Shown one piece after another: positions 37,220 to 45,660 of a DNA stretch of 64,000 bases. A program made the position numbers and the translations under genes. Every line of letters begins with the position of its first letter. The first letter of the stretch is position 1. Source of the stretch: Bacteroidia bacterium. GTDB taxonomy: Bacteria > Bacteroidota > Bacteroidia > CAIKAF01. The stretch covers positions 59,854 to 123,853 of the forward strand of contig JACVCJ010000007.1 in assembly GCA_016742095.1 (NCBI GenBank). The letters are read 5' to 3'. The notes under the pieces are model-generated. The model searched no databases, was not told the origin of the DNA, and was given only the letters and a program-made list of their open reading frames with translations.

Positions 37220-37690
37220 TTACAGTTTCTGTATCTCCTGCTCATAATCGAACTGCAGGTCCTCGTGCAGGGCAGACACTACCTTCTGCAGTTTGGCCAG
37301 CTGCCGGTCATAAATAACGGCAAAAGCGGTACGATGGCGGCGATACACAGACAATTCCCGCATCTTTTTACAGAAATAGAGAATTAACTCGGCCTCTGTT
37401 TCTTTTATTCCGGAGTATTTAATGTAGCGGCTGTTGATGCGTACGATGCGCCGCAGGGTCTTTTTGGCCTGGTAGGCATTAGAGGGGTTCACCTGGCTGA
37501 ATTCCTCGTCCAGCAGCTCTTTGATGCTTTGTATATAGGCCTCTTCATCGCCGGCTTCCTGCAAAAGATAGGTCAGTAACTCTTTATTTTCTTTTTTGTA
37601 GCGGGCCAGCCGCATGCAGATATTTATAATTTCGGCCTGCGACAGGTGTTGCAGTTCCTTTTTAAGTTCACTTACGGAAGCCGCTTTCAT
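37220..37690 (-). CDS. hypothetical protein
   Basis: 156-aa helical-looking ORF. Its ATG (37688-37690) overlaps the upstream gene stop as ATGA. No family recognised. Confidence 0.55.
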   Translation of the reverse strand: MKAASVSELKKELQHLSQAEIINICMRLARYKKENKELLTYLLQEAGDEEAYIQSIKELLDEEFSQVNPSNAYQAKKTLRRIVRINSRYIKYSGIKETEAELILYFCKKMRELSVYRRHRTAFAVIYDRQLAKLQKVVSALHEDLQFDYEQEIQKL

Positions 37691-37938
37691 CGTTTCAGGT
37701 ATTGTTGTTTCAGGGGACGCAGCAGGTCGTCGAGCCCATTGGTCCTGATCACGAAGAGCGTCTGCAGCAGCATGCCCAGTTTACCGGAGGGAAAGCCTTC
37801 ACGGGAGAACCATTCCAGGTACGAAACGGGCAGGTCGCACAGCAGGGTATCTTTATATTTCCCAAAAGGCATTTTCATGGTCACCAGCTGTATAAGCAGC
37901 TGCGGATCGGGCATACCGGGTTCTGCATGATTTGTCAT
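37687..37938 (-). CDS. DUF3820 family protein
   Basis: 83 aa. MPFGKYKDTLLCDLPVSYLEWFSREGFPSGKLGMLL matches the DUF3820 pattern. Confidence 0.7.
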   Translation of the reverse strand: MTNHAEPGMPDPQLLIQLVTMKMPFGKYKDTLLCDLPVSYLEWFSREGFPSGKLGMLLQTLFVIRTNGLDDLLRPLKQQYLKR

Positions 37939-37962
37939 GGAACGAAGGTACGGATTTCGGGC

Positions 37963-39858
37963 CTATTCTCCTTTTCGTTTCAGCGGTATCTGTATGCGGC
38001 TGCTCATACGGGCATTGGTAAAGAGCGTATATACCGTTCCGTCGGGCTGATAGGTCTTGAAATGGGAGATGTCTGAATTGGTGATGCAGACCTTAAGGCG
38101 GTGACCGGCAGGCAGCAGGTAGGAAACCGGCAGCATATCGAAACGCACGGAATCCGCCGCTCCGGGTTGCAGAGGCCGTGCGTCCGCCTTGCGGAAGGTA
38201 TGGCAGGGCACCACGTCGTTGTAGATATCGGGGCATTCGCCTTCGGCCCTGTGTATCAGGCGCAGCGAGCCTTCGGTGATGTAGTTGTAATTTCCGTCGG
38301 GACTTTCGTCGAGCAGGTATACAAAAAACGCGCCATCTTCGGCGCCGGAGGAGAAATACAGCTCTACCAGCGGATGGCCGGTAATTTCCACCGGGTAGGC
38401 GTAAGGCTCCGCGGTAAAGGTAAGCGCGTCCTTCAGCTGTTGTTTGATATCGGAATAGGCATCGGCCGTTTTCAGTTCGCTTTTCAGGGATTTCCAGCGG
38501 GTATCATTTCCCGTGTTCAGGGCATTGTTCACGGTATACTGTACCTGTCCCGTGTCTGCCACAGGCGCCGTTCTCTGCAATTGCAGGGAATGACCGAGGT
38601 ACAGGGTTTCCGGGTCAAAGCCCTGCGGAGGCCAGGTATCCGTAGCCTTCCACTGCTCCTCGCCCATGGTGAAATAATGTACGGGCGCTTCCTGTTCCAG
38701 GCCGTTGCGGTAATTGCGCAGGTGCCGGTCAAAAAATTTCTGCACCTCTCCCGCATGGTCAAAACCGCTGTTCCCCGGATTGAACGGACTGCAGTTGAAC
38801 TTTCCGCCGTGGTTCCAGGGGCCGATGATCAGTTTATGATGTTCGCCCTGCAGGTTCAGGTGTCTTTTCACCGCGGCCGCCTGGTAATCGCCGTCGTACC
38901 AGCCGCTGTAACTGTATACGGGCGTTCCGCAGGCATTCAGGCGTTGCAGGTAGGCATGCGGACTGAAGATATCGATGCTGTCGATCATGCGGTTGAGCGG
39001 CGGCACATTCCGGAAATCCACGCCTTTCGAAGTTTCGTCTACCCCGATGTTGTCCTTATGACTGGCGATAGCCGCTTTGTACACCTGGTTGCGGTCTTTG
39101 CCGGGCACTTTGGCCACGCCGCTTACCAGCATTTTCACCAGGCCGTTCTTTACCGGCAGTTTGTTGTTGTCGAGCATGGTATTGGCCTTGCCCCAGTTGC
39201 CGGTGAACCACTCAAAATGGTTCCCGTTCGGGAAGGCGATATCGTCGTACACATCGAACAGGGAGTACATCAGCACCACCGCTTTTACGTTCGGGTGACA
39301 GGTGCCTGCCAGGAATTCGGCCGCCGTACCGCTGTAGGAGCCGCCTACGGAACCGATATTACCGTCGGCCCAGGGCTGTTGTACGATCCAGTTGCAGATC
39401 TCGTAGCCGTCGGCCACTTCCTGCTCCGACCAGGGATAGTCGTTCCTTCCGAAAGAAGCCCCCGTACCGCGTACGTCTACATTTACGATCACGTATCCCG
39501 AGGCGATGAAACGTTTGATCATCTGCCCGTAAATGCCGAAAAAGCCCTGCGTGAACATGCTGAAGGGCCAGTTTACCTGAGCGGCGCGCCAGTAACGCGT
39601 CTGGTGCAGGATCACGGGAAAACGCTCACCTTCCCTGCGCTTGCGGGGCAGGTATACGTCGGTGGCCAGCAGGGTGCTGTCGGGCATGCGCACGTACATA
39701 CGCTGTATTTCGATGCCCCGGTACGATCGTCCGGTGTCGGGAGCATAGGCTTTGAGTGCCCCCGATGCCGCGTCAGAAGCTTTGTATTTCTGAGCACCCA
39801 GCGGTAAAAATGTTATAAAAAGCAGGAGAAGAAGGCATGCGTTTTTATAAAAGCTCAT
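37963..39858 (-). CDS. CocE/NonD family hydrolase (S15 X-Pro dipeptidyl-peptidase-like), secreted
   Basis: 631 aa with a signal peptide, alpha/beta-hydrolase nucleophile elbow GGSYSG, VDVRGTGAS, and a C-terminal jelly-roll-like domain. Confidence 0.8.
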   Translation of the reverse strand: MSFYKNACLLLLLFITFLPLGAQKYKASDAASGALKAYAPDTGRSYRGIEIQRMYVRMPDSTLLATDVYLPRKRREGERFPVILHQTRYWRAAQVNWPFSMFTQGFFGIYGQMIKRFIASGYVIVNVDVRGTGASFGRNDYPWSEQEVADGYEICNWIVQQPWADGNIGSVGGSYSGTAAEFLAGTCHPNVKAVVLMYSLFDVYDDIAFPNGNHFEWFTGNWGKANTMLDNNKLPVKNGLVKMLVSGVAKVPGKDRNQVYKAAIASHKDNIGVDETSKGVDFRNVPPLNRMIDSIDIFSPHAYLQRLNACGTPVYSYSGWYDGDYQAAAVKRHLNLQGEHHKLIIGPWNHGGKFNCSPFNPGNSGFDHAGEVQKFFDRHLRNYRNGLEQEAPVHYFTMGEEQWKATDTWPPQGFDPETLYLGHSLQLQRTAPVADTGQVQYTVNNALNTGNDTRWKSLKSELKTADAYSDIKQQLKDALTFTAEPYAYPVEITGHPLVELYFSSGAEDGAFFVYLLDESPDGNYNYITEGSLRLIHRAEGECPDIYNDVVPCHTFRKADARPLQPGAADSVRFDMLPVSYLLPAGHRLKVCITNSDISHFKTYQPDGTVYTLFTNARMSSRIQIPLKRKGE

Positions 39859-39892
39859 GAAGAAAAATTAGGTAGTTAGTCAGGAACCGGGC

Positions 39893-41632
39893 TTAATTTT
39901 TGTGGAACACGGTCACGTGTCCTTCGTATTTAAAGGGCTTTCCCTTCAGCGAACAGTGAATGGCCACAAAATAGGTACCGTTGCTGGCCAGTCCGCCGCT
40001 TTTCATACGCCCGTCCCACTGTATGCTGGGCGTTTCGGTAGAGAATACGCTTTCGCCCCAGCGGTTGAAAATTTCGCATTTATACTGATCGAAGCCCGTC
40101 AGGTATACTTCAAAAAAGTCGTTCACGCCATCGCCGTCCGGCGTAAATACATTGGGGATCACCAGTCCGTCCACCACCGTTATTTCCGAATATGCCGTAT
40201 CTGAACAGCCGGCTTCGGAGGTCACCACCAGCATTACATCGTAGGTGCCCTGGTTATTGAAAATATAGGTAGGATCTTCCGCCGAGCTGGTACCGCCGTC
40301 GCCGAAGGTCCAGGTATTGCTGTGGTTGTTCACGCTTTGATTGTCAAACGTAATGGGCACACTGCCAAAGGTATTGTTGGGCGTATAGGTAAAGGCCGCC
40401 GTAACTGCCAGACTTACCGTAACCGGCATTACCGTAGGATAGGAGCTACAGCCGTTGGGCCCGGTGATCACCAGTGTCAGGTTGCCGGTACCGCCCAGGC
40501 TGTCCCAGCTTATTATAGCCTCATTGCCTGCAGCGCCCGGTTGCGCGGAACCCGGCTGGGGATCCCAGTTATAGGTATAGCTGCCATTATCCGGTTCGGC
40601 CGAATAAATGAGCGGCTGGTTACCGCAGACCATGTCGTTGCCCGTGATTACCGGTTTACCCGGACGTACACGGTCCAGCACAAAGGCATCCGAAGTGGCA
40701 AAATCGTTCCAGGTCGTTTTTTCTACGTACTGCATGCCGGAGCCGTTGGCCTGAGTGGTCCCGGGTATATTTTCCCATTGTACCAGGGGCTGGTCGTCCC
40801 AGTGTGCAATCCCGTCCCAAGCACTGTCGGCCGCACTTTCATAATACACCTGCAGCAGGGCATCTGCCGTACCTGTGGGATGATTAATACGATGGAAGAA
40901 CAGCGGGTTCAGCTTACACACGGCCGAATCCATTAAAGAAAGGTCGTACCCTTCCGTAGTGGCGTTCACATTGGCCAGGCGCGCCCCGAAGGTCTGGGCA
41001 GCCGTACTCTGCGGGCGCAGGCGTACCGGGCGGTAGCGCGTGGTCCCCAGCGAAGAACCGGTGGGGAACCAATATAGATCTGTAGTATTTGTATTCCGGT
41101 ATAATTTGCCGTTCTGCAGGCTGCTTACAAAGCCGCTGGTGCGGACCACACTGCCGGTGTCGGCATTCAGTACATGCATGAACGCAGTATCTGTGGCCAG
41201 TTCCCGGTCGTTCAGTTTCAGGGTTTTCAGGGTGTAGGAACGGATCTGCTGCGTCTTTATGCCGGTGCCTGTCAGTTCCAGCCGGTAGTAACGCGTTACA
41301 GAATCGCCGGTAATGAACTGGTTATCGCCCCAAAGGTTCACATACGAGGTATCGGGAATGAACGTACCGTCGTTCACCCAGTGCAGGCCCACGAGATAAC
41401 GGCCGTTACCCTGTGTGAGCGCTTCGTTGTAAAAAGAAGAATCGATGGTCGTGGTACCATGATTGGTAAAGGTCCCCGCCTGGGTGTTGCGCATACTGCC
41501 GTTCTGTACTTTTACAATAGCTCCCGGAGCCGTATACAGCAAGGCGCCCATATTGTTGAACAAGGCATTCTGCGAAATAAGGGGCAGGCAGGAACACAGA
41601 AAAAAGAGGTAAGTCAGGGGCAGATTTTTCAT
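39893..41632 (-). CDS. secreted protein with a PKD domain and a T9SS type-B C-terminal sorting domain
   Basis: 579 aa with a signal peptide, one PKD module (NTWTFGDGGTSSAEDPTYIF...YDVMLVVTSEAGCSD) and the C-terminus IPNVFTPDGDGVNDFF...IFNRWGESVF...GTYFV...GHVTVFHKN. Confidence 0.85.
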   Translation of the reverse strand: MKNLPLTYLFFLCSCLPLISQNALFNNMGALLYTAPGAIVKVQNGSMRNTQAGTFTNHGTTTIDSSFYNEALTQGNGRYLVGLHWVNDGTFIPDTSYVNLWGDNQFITGDSVTRYYRLELTGTGIKTQQIRSYTLKTLKLNDRELATDTAFMHVLNADTGSVVRTSGFVSSLQNGKLYRNTNTTDLYWFPTGSSLGTTRYRPVRLRPQSTAAQTFGARLANVNATTEGYDLSLMDSAVCKLNPLFFHRINHPTGTADALLQVYYESAADSAWDGIAHWDDQPLVQWENIPGTTQANGSGMQYVEKTTWNDFATSDAFVLDRVRPGKPVITGNDMVCGNQPLIYSAEPDNGSYTYNWDPQPGSAQPGAAGNEAIISWDSLGGTGNLTLVITGPNGCSSYPTVMPVTVSLAVTAAFTYTPNNTFGSVPITFDNQSVNNHSNTWTFGDGGTSSAEDPTYIFNNQGTYDVMLVVTSEAGCSDTAYSEITVVDGLVIPNVFTPDGDGVNDFFEVYLTGFDQYKCEIFNRWGESVFSTETPSIQWDGRMKSGGLASNGTYFVAIHCSLKGKPFKYEGHVTVFHKN

Positions 41633-41663
41633 ACCTGCAAGGTATAAAATTGATTGTAGTATG

Positions 41664-41671
41664 CAAACATA
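41664..41671 (-). promoter_or_regulatory. -7 box TATGTTTG for the 39893-41632 gene
   Basis: On the minus strand, TATGTTTG (TAnnTTTG) lies about 32 nt upstream of the ATG at 41632. It overlaps an 11-mer shared with the divergent gene. Confidence 0.4.
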
Positions 41672-41883
41672 CTATTAAAATTTTCAGCAGCTACCGGACT
41701 ACCGTTCAGACCGCTATGCCGCAAGCCCGCAAAAGAAATAAACCAGGGATAACACAGGCAAAACATTGCATTTTCGGCTCAGGCACAGTCGTTAAGCGCT
41801 ATCCAGGCAAAAAAATTTGCCGCCGGTTACAAAAAAGCTTTCAACAAGAAAAGCGTCCCGGTTTTTTCTATTGAAAAAAAATG

Positions 41884-41891
41884 TATACTTG
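41884..41891 (+). promoter_or_regulatory. -7-like box TATACTTG for the glycine-rich protein gene
   Basis: On the plus strand, TATACTTG has one mismatch to TAnnTTTG and lies about 16 nt upstream of the ATG at 41907. Confidence 0.3.
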
Positions 41892-41906
41892 CATACTACT
41901 TCGACT

Positions 41907-43352
41907 ATGAAAAACATCCTGACCGCCTTCTTTGCCCTGCTGTGCTTCAGTGCTGCCGCGCAAATACAAAATGTGGGTATCGGCACCAATACCCCGGATT
42001 CTACCGCCGTACTGGACCTTACATCCAGTACCATGGGCTTTCTGCCTCCACGCCTCAGCGATACCGAACGTAACGGTATTGTAAATCCGGCCCTTGGCCT
42101 GGTGATCTTTAACACGACGGACAGCACCTTCCAGTTCTGGAACGGCACCTGCTGGATCCGTAGTTTTATGGAAAGCTGTAACGACTGTCTCTTCAACATG
42201 GGCCTGAGCGACACCGTAGGCGTTATCGACCGTACGCTTACGGATACCGTAGGTTTCGACGTGTTCATTAACCAGACCAACGGAAGCAACAGCGTGGGCA
42301 TCTTTACCCTGCACAACCTGCCGCAGGGCTGCACGGTAACCATCACCAATCCTATTATACAGGGTTCGGGCCAGGCGCATATACAGATCTATTCCGATAT
42401 TTTTGCCACACCGGGCGTATACCCCATTGCCGTACAGGCGGTCTGCGGTAACTCGGCCAAGGTAATGCTCTATGAACTTACGATCGATCCCTGTTATTAT
42501 GTGGCCGTAACCCAGAACCAGACCAATTACGATCTGCAGGCCGTGAACTCGCTGCCCGGTGTGGGTACGCCTATCTGTGTGGTCATGGACGTACTGGCAG
42601 GGGCCGGCATCGAGTCCAACAATACTACGGTACCGGCGTATACCAGCGGTAACCTGGACCCACAGTCGCACGTGGGCATACGCAACTATGGTTCTTTCGT
42701 GGCCCGCGGGGGTAACGGCGGAGCCGGCGGTAACTTCAACAACTTCGGTATGCCGGGTCAGAACGGCGGTAACGCTATTAATATGACCTGCCGTCATACC
42801 TACCTCAACAACACCAACGGCTACGTAATGGGCGGCGGTGGCGGCGGCGGTTCCGTAGGAATTTCCTACAGCGTGAACGTACCTGTGATCGGCAACCTGG
42901 GCTTCGGTATCGGGGCAGGCGGCGGTGGTGGTGCAGCGCTGGGTACCGGCGGTAACCCCCAAACGCCCATACAGTACTGGTCGGCCGGACAAAATGCCCT
43001 GGCCGGTATTCTGGCCACAGGCGGTAACGGCGGTAACCTTACCACGCCCATTCCCTTCAGTATCAGTGTGGCCAACGTAACCATCACACCCAATGTACAC
43101 GGCGGTAACGGCGGTGGCTTTGGAGTGAACGGCAGCTCCGGTAACCTCTTCGTGAACATCAATATTTCCGTAAGCATTCCTTTTATAGGCACGGTGAACG
43201 TGGTGAATACCAATGTACCCAATCCGCCCATTGCCAACTTCCCGGCAGGCGGAACGGCCGGCTATGCCATCAAGCTCAACGGTTTCCCGCTGCAGGGTAT
43301 CCCGGTGGGCTATTACCAGACCTCTTACATTAAAGGAAACGTAAACAACTAA
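41907..43352 (+). CDS. secreted glycine/asparagine-rich protein
   Basis: 481 aa from the ATG at 41907 (signal peptide MKNILTAFFALLCFSAAAQ). The upstream part of the ORF-track entry from 41817 was rejected. The C-terminal half is rich in GGNGG(A/G)GG and GGGGGGS runs. Confidence 0.7.
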   Translation: MKNILTAFFALLCFSAAAQIQNVGIGTNTPDSTAVLDLTSSTMGFLPPRLSDTERNGIVNPALGLVIFNTTDSTFQFWNGTCWIRSFMESCNDCLFNMGLSDTVGVIDRTLTDTVGFDVFINQTNGSNSVGIFTLHNLPQGCTVTITNPIIQGSGQAHIQIYSDIFATPGVYPIAVQAVCGNSAKVMLYELTIDPCYYVAVTQNQTNYDLQAVNSLPGVGTPICVVMDVLAGAGIESNNTTVPAYTSGNLDPQSHVGIRNYGSFVARGGNGGAGGNFNNFGMPGQNGGNAINMTCRHTYLNNTNGYVMGGGGGGGSVGISYSVNVPVIGNLGFGIGAGGGGGAALGTGGNPQTPIQYWSAGQNALAGILATGGNGGNLTTPIPFSISVANVTITPNVHGGNGGGFGVNGSSGNLFVNINISVSIPFIGTVNVVNTNVPNPPIANFPAGGTAGYAIKLNGFPLQGIPVGYYQTSYIKGNVNN

Positions 43353-43363
43353 CACCTGCACTC

Positions 43364-44008
43364 ATGAAAAAAATATACAGTCTGCTTCTCGTTTTTCTCA
43401 GTTGCGCCGCGGCGCAGGCCCAGTTCAGCGCTACCGTTACGGGTACCTATTCGGCGGCCGGCGTAAATTATACTACACGCCTGGTGTTTTCGGGCAATAA
43501 AATGGGCTATGAGATCAGCACGGTAAGCAACGAACAGCAATACACCACCCGTATCCTGCCCGATGCCGCCAAAAACAGCGTAACCATCGTTTCGATAACT
43601 CCCGGCGGTACCTACGCCAACGAATACCCGGCCGGCAGCATCGAAGCGGATAAAAATTTCTCCACAGACGGACTGCGCGCACGCCTCAGCGATGAGAGCA
43701 AAACCCTGGGCGGACTGAACTGCAAAAAAATGCTGGTAGAAAATAATGCAGGCGGCGCTGCTGAAATATGGATCGCCGAAGTGGATTTTGCCTATTACGA
43801 TTACAAGGATATCCTGAAAAGCGATTATGCCGTGCAGGGGCTTTCTGTTTTACAACTGAAAGGCATCCCGATGGAAATGAATGTTACCCAGGAAGGATTC
43901 CGCGTTTCGGGCTTCCGTTTTAAAGAATACAGCAATTCCGTACCGGCCGGTTTCTTCAACACGTCGTTCCCCGCGGCCGACGGACAGGTAAAGACCGAAA
44001 ACAAGTAA
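43364..44008 (+). CDS. hypothetical secreted protein
   Basis: 214 aa with signal peptide MKKIYSLLLVFLSCAAAQA, starting 11 nt after the glycine-rich gene. No family confidently recognised. Confidence 0.6.
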   Translation: MKKIYSLLLVFLSCAAAQAQFSATVTGTYSAAGVNYTTRLVFSGNKMGYEISTVSNEQQYTTRILPDAAKNSVTIVSITPGGTYANEYPAGSIEADKNFSTDGLRARLSDESKTLGGLNCKKMLVENNAGGAAEIWIAEVDFAYYDYKDILKSDYAVQGLSVLQLKGIPMEMNVTQEGFRVSGFRFKEYSNSVPAGFFNTSFPAADGQVKTENK

Positions 44009-44032
44009 GCATTAACATACTACTAAACCGAA

Positions 44033-44076
44033 AAACAGCGCAAATGTACCCCGGTATGTTTGTGCTGTTTTATTTC
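44033..44076 (+). terminator. Rho-independent terminator between convergent genes
   Basis: 13-bp stem AAAACAGCGCAAA (44033-44045) / TTTGTGCTGTTTT (44060-44072) with one G-U pair. The flanks are T-rich and A-rich, so it could act in both directions. Confidence 0.7.
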
Positions 44077-44085
44077 TGAACGGGG

Positions 44086-44397
44086 CTAAACGGCTTTGCT
44101 TCCGGCTTCGGCCAGGCGTTTGCGGGTACGGTCTATCTCGTAGCGCATCTGTAAATTCATCCAGGTTTCGGCTTTAATGTCGAGGGCCTCTTCCAATTTA
44201 ATGGCCAGGGCAATGGTCATATTGCGGTGGCCGTTGATGACGAGGCTGAGTTCGGGGCGGCTGATGCCGAGCATACGGGCCAGATCGGCCTGCCGGATGC
44301 CGCGGTAGGCGATCTCATCGGCCAGGAACACACCCGGGTGGAATACGTCGCCGGGAATGATATCGCCGGCATGTGCGGTATGGAGGATACTATTCAT
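44086..44397 (-). CDS. higA: HigA family addiction-module antitoxin (XRE-type HTH)
   Basis: 103 aa. HPGVFLADEI...IRQADLARMLGISRPELSLVINGHRNMTIALAIKLEEAL is a classic HigA HTH. Confidence 0.85.
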   Translation of the reverse strand: MNSILHTAHAGDIIPGDVFHPGVFLADEIAYRGIRQADLARMLGISRPELSLVINGHRNMTIALAIKLEEALDIKAETWMNLQMRYEIDRTRKRLAEAGSKAV

Positions 44398-44698
44398 AGT
44401 GTTTTGATATTTCGTATATAACTATTCTTACGGTCTCTTCGTTCAGGGGTACCACAATAAGGCGGTACTGGTCGTTCAAGCGCAGGGAGCACTGCCCCTT
44501 CCGCTTTCCTTTTAACGGTTCGTAACGCAGCCCTTTGAACTGGCGCAGATCTTCGGGTGCCACCAGGGCCAGCAACAACGTTACCAGCTTTTTGTACTGT
44601 GTTATTACCTGTTGCGGAAGCCGCTGCTTGCCGCGCAGTTCTGCCTGGGGCGTACTGTACAAACGCTCCAGCTCTTCTGTTGCGAATTGTACATTCAT
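44390..44698 (-). CDS. higB: HigB-like (RelE/ParE superfamily) toxin
   Basis: 102 aa from the ATG at 44696-44698. Shows the plasmid-maintenance-killer pattern (LKGKRKGQCSLRLNDQYRLIV...IVIYEISKHY). Overlaps higA by 8 nt, in toxin-first order. Confidence 0.75.
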   Translation of the reverse strand: MNVQFATEELERLYSTPQAELRGKQRLPQQVITQYKKLVTLLLALVAPEDLRQFKGLRYEPLKGKRKGQCSLRLNDQYRLIVVPLNEETVRIVIYEISKHYE

Positions 44699-44706
44699 CT
44701 TATACG

Positions 44707-44714
44707 CAAAGTTA
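44707..44714 (-). promoter_or_regulatory. -7 box TAACTTTG for higBA
   Basis: On the minus strand, TAACTTTG (TAnnTTTG) lies about 9 nt upstream of the higB ATG. This implies a very short leader. Confidence 0.4.
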
Positions 44715-44902
44715 AGCAAAAAGTTATCAAAAATGCAAACAAATAAAAAAAGTTTCCCAAACGTTCTCAAAAACGTCTTTTGTTCTCCGATATCGTGCAT
44801 ACCGGAAAACGGCTCTGTACCTCATGACGGCCCTGGTTGGCCGTACAGGGGTCAAAGATAGGCCGCAGGCGCGGACCGGGTCTTTACTTGTACAATGAAA
44901 AT

Positions 44903-45658
44903 TTAAAATTCTACCGGAAAAAGTACAGGACGACTGGGGAGTGCGTCATTTTCGAAAGGCGCCGTCTGTATATTCAGCGCATAAAAGCCGTCTTCGGCCT
45001 CATCGGGAACAAAGATCAGTTCGGTGATCGTTTTATCGAACTGCGGCTGGTTGGGCACATTCCAGAAAACCTTGTGGGCCGCCAGTTCTCCGTTGTCTTT
45101 TTCGGGATCTACGGAAGGCTGGTCGAACAGCAGGTGTTCAATACGTTTTTCATTGATAAAACGCATGGCATCCGTAGTGATATAGGGCGGATTGGTTCCC
45201 GAGCGGTCAGAGGTCTTTACGGCCTGGTCATTAGGCAGCGTACGGATAATAAGCGCCTCAAAATGTATGTCCTGCGGCCAGAGTTCCTGCAGCACGCGGC
45301 GGGTAACGGCATAACCGTTCTCCGTCTGTTCCGGAAAAACGGATATCAGCAGCGCCAGCATAATGCCTTTGGGAACATGCGCATTCACCGAGGGTTTGCC
45401 GGGGAGTATATGTCCGGGGCCTTCGGTATGGGTACCGGTGCCGTGCGGGTTAAAGAACACATTGCAGAAATTTACGGGTGCCCCGGCGTCCACACTGCCG
45501 GTCCAGTCGCCGGCCGTAACCGGTTCTATTTTAACCTGCGGACTGTCCCAGGCCAGGGTTTGCACATGCGGGACTGAAATATCGATCCCCTGCGAAAAAT
45601 CGCATTTAAATATGAAATTACTTAAGGTGATTCGCGCTTTCATAGACGCAATGTACAA
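44903..45658 (-). CDS. cyclase family protein (arylformamidase-like)
   Basis: 251 aa. NPHGTGTHTEGPGH resembles the HxGTHxDxPxH metal-binding motif of the putative cyclase / kynurenine formamidase family. Start uncertain. Confidence 0.55.
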   Translation of the reverse strand: MYIASMKARITLSNFIFKCDFSQGIDISVPHVQTLAWDSPQVKIEPVTAGDWTGSVDAGAPVNFCNVFFNPHGTGTHTEGPGHILPGKPSVNAHVPKGIMLALLISVFPEQTENGYAVTRRVLQELWPQDIHFEALIIRTLPNDQAVKTSDRSGTNPPYITTDAMRFINEKRIEHLLFDQPSVDPEKDNGELAAHKVFWNVPNQPQFDKTITELIFVPDEAEDGFYALNIQTAPFENDALPSRPVLFPVEF

Positions 45659-45660
45659 TT

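Noticed and set aside
38101-39807. Very long ORFs antisense to real genes. The track has 38101-39807 (+), 41868-43361 (-), 13264-14529 (+), 47534-48883 (+), 57194-58339 (+), 23839-24885 (+), 8862-9923 (+) and 4286-5134 (+).
   Set aside because: Each is a complete shadow of an ORF on the other strand that has clear family motifs. Their translations are low-complexity, rich in Arg, Gly, Val and His, and carry no motifs. This is typical of stop-codon-poor antisense frames in GC-rich coding DNA.
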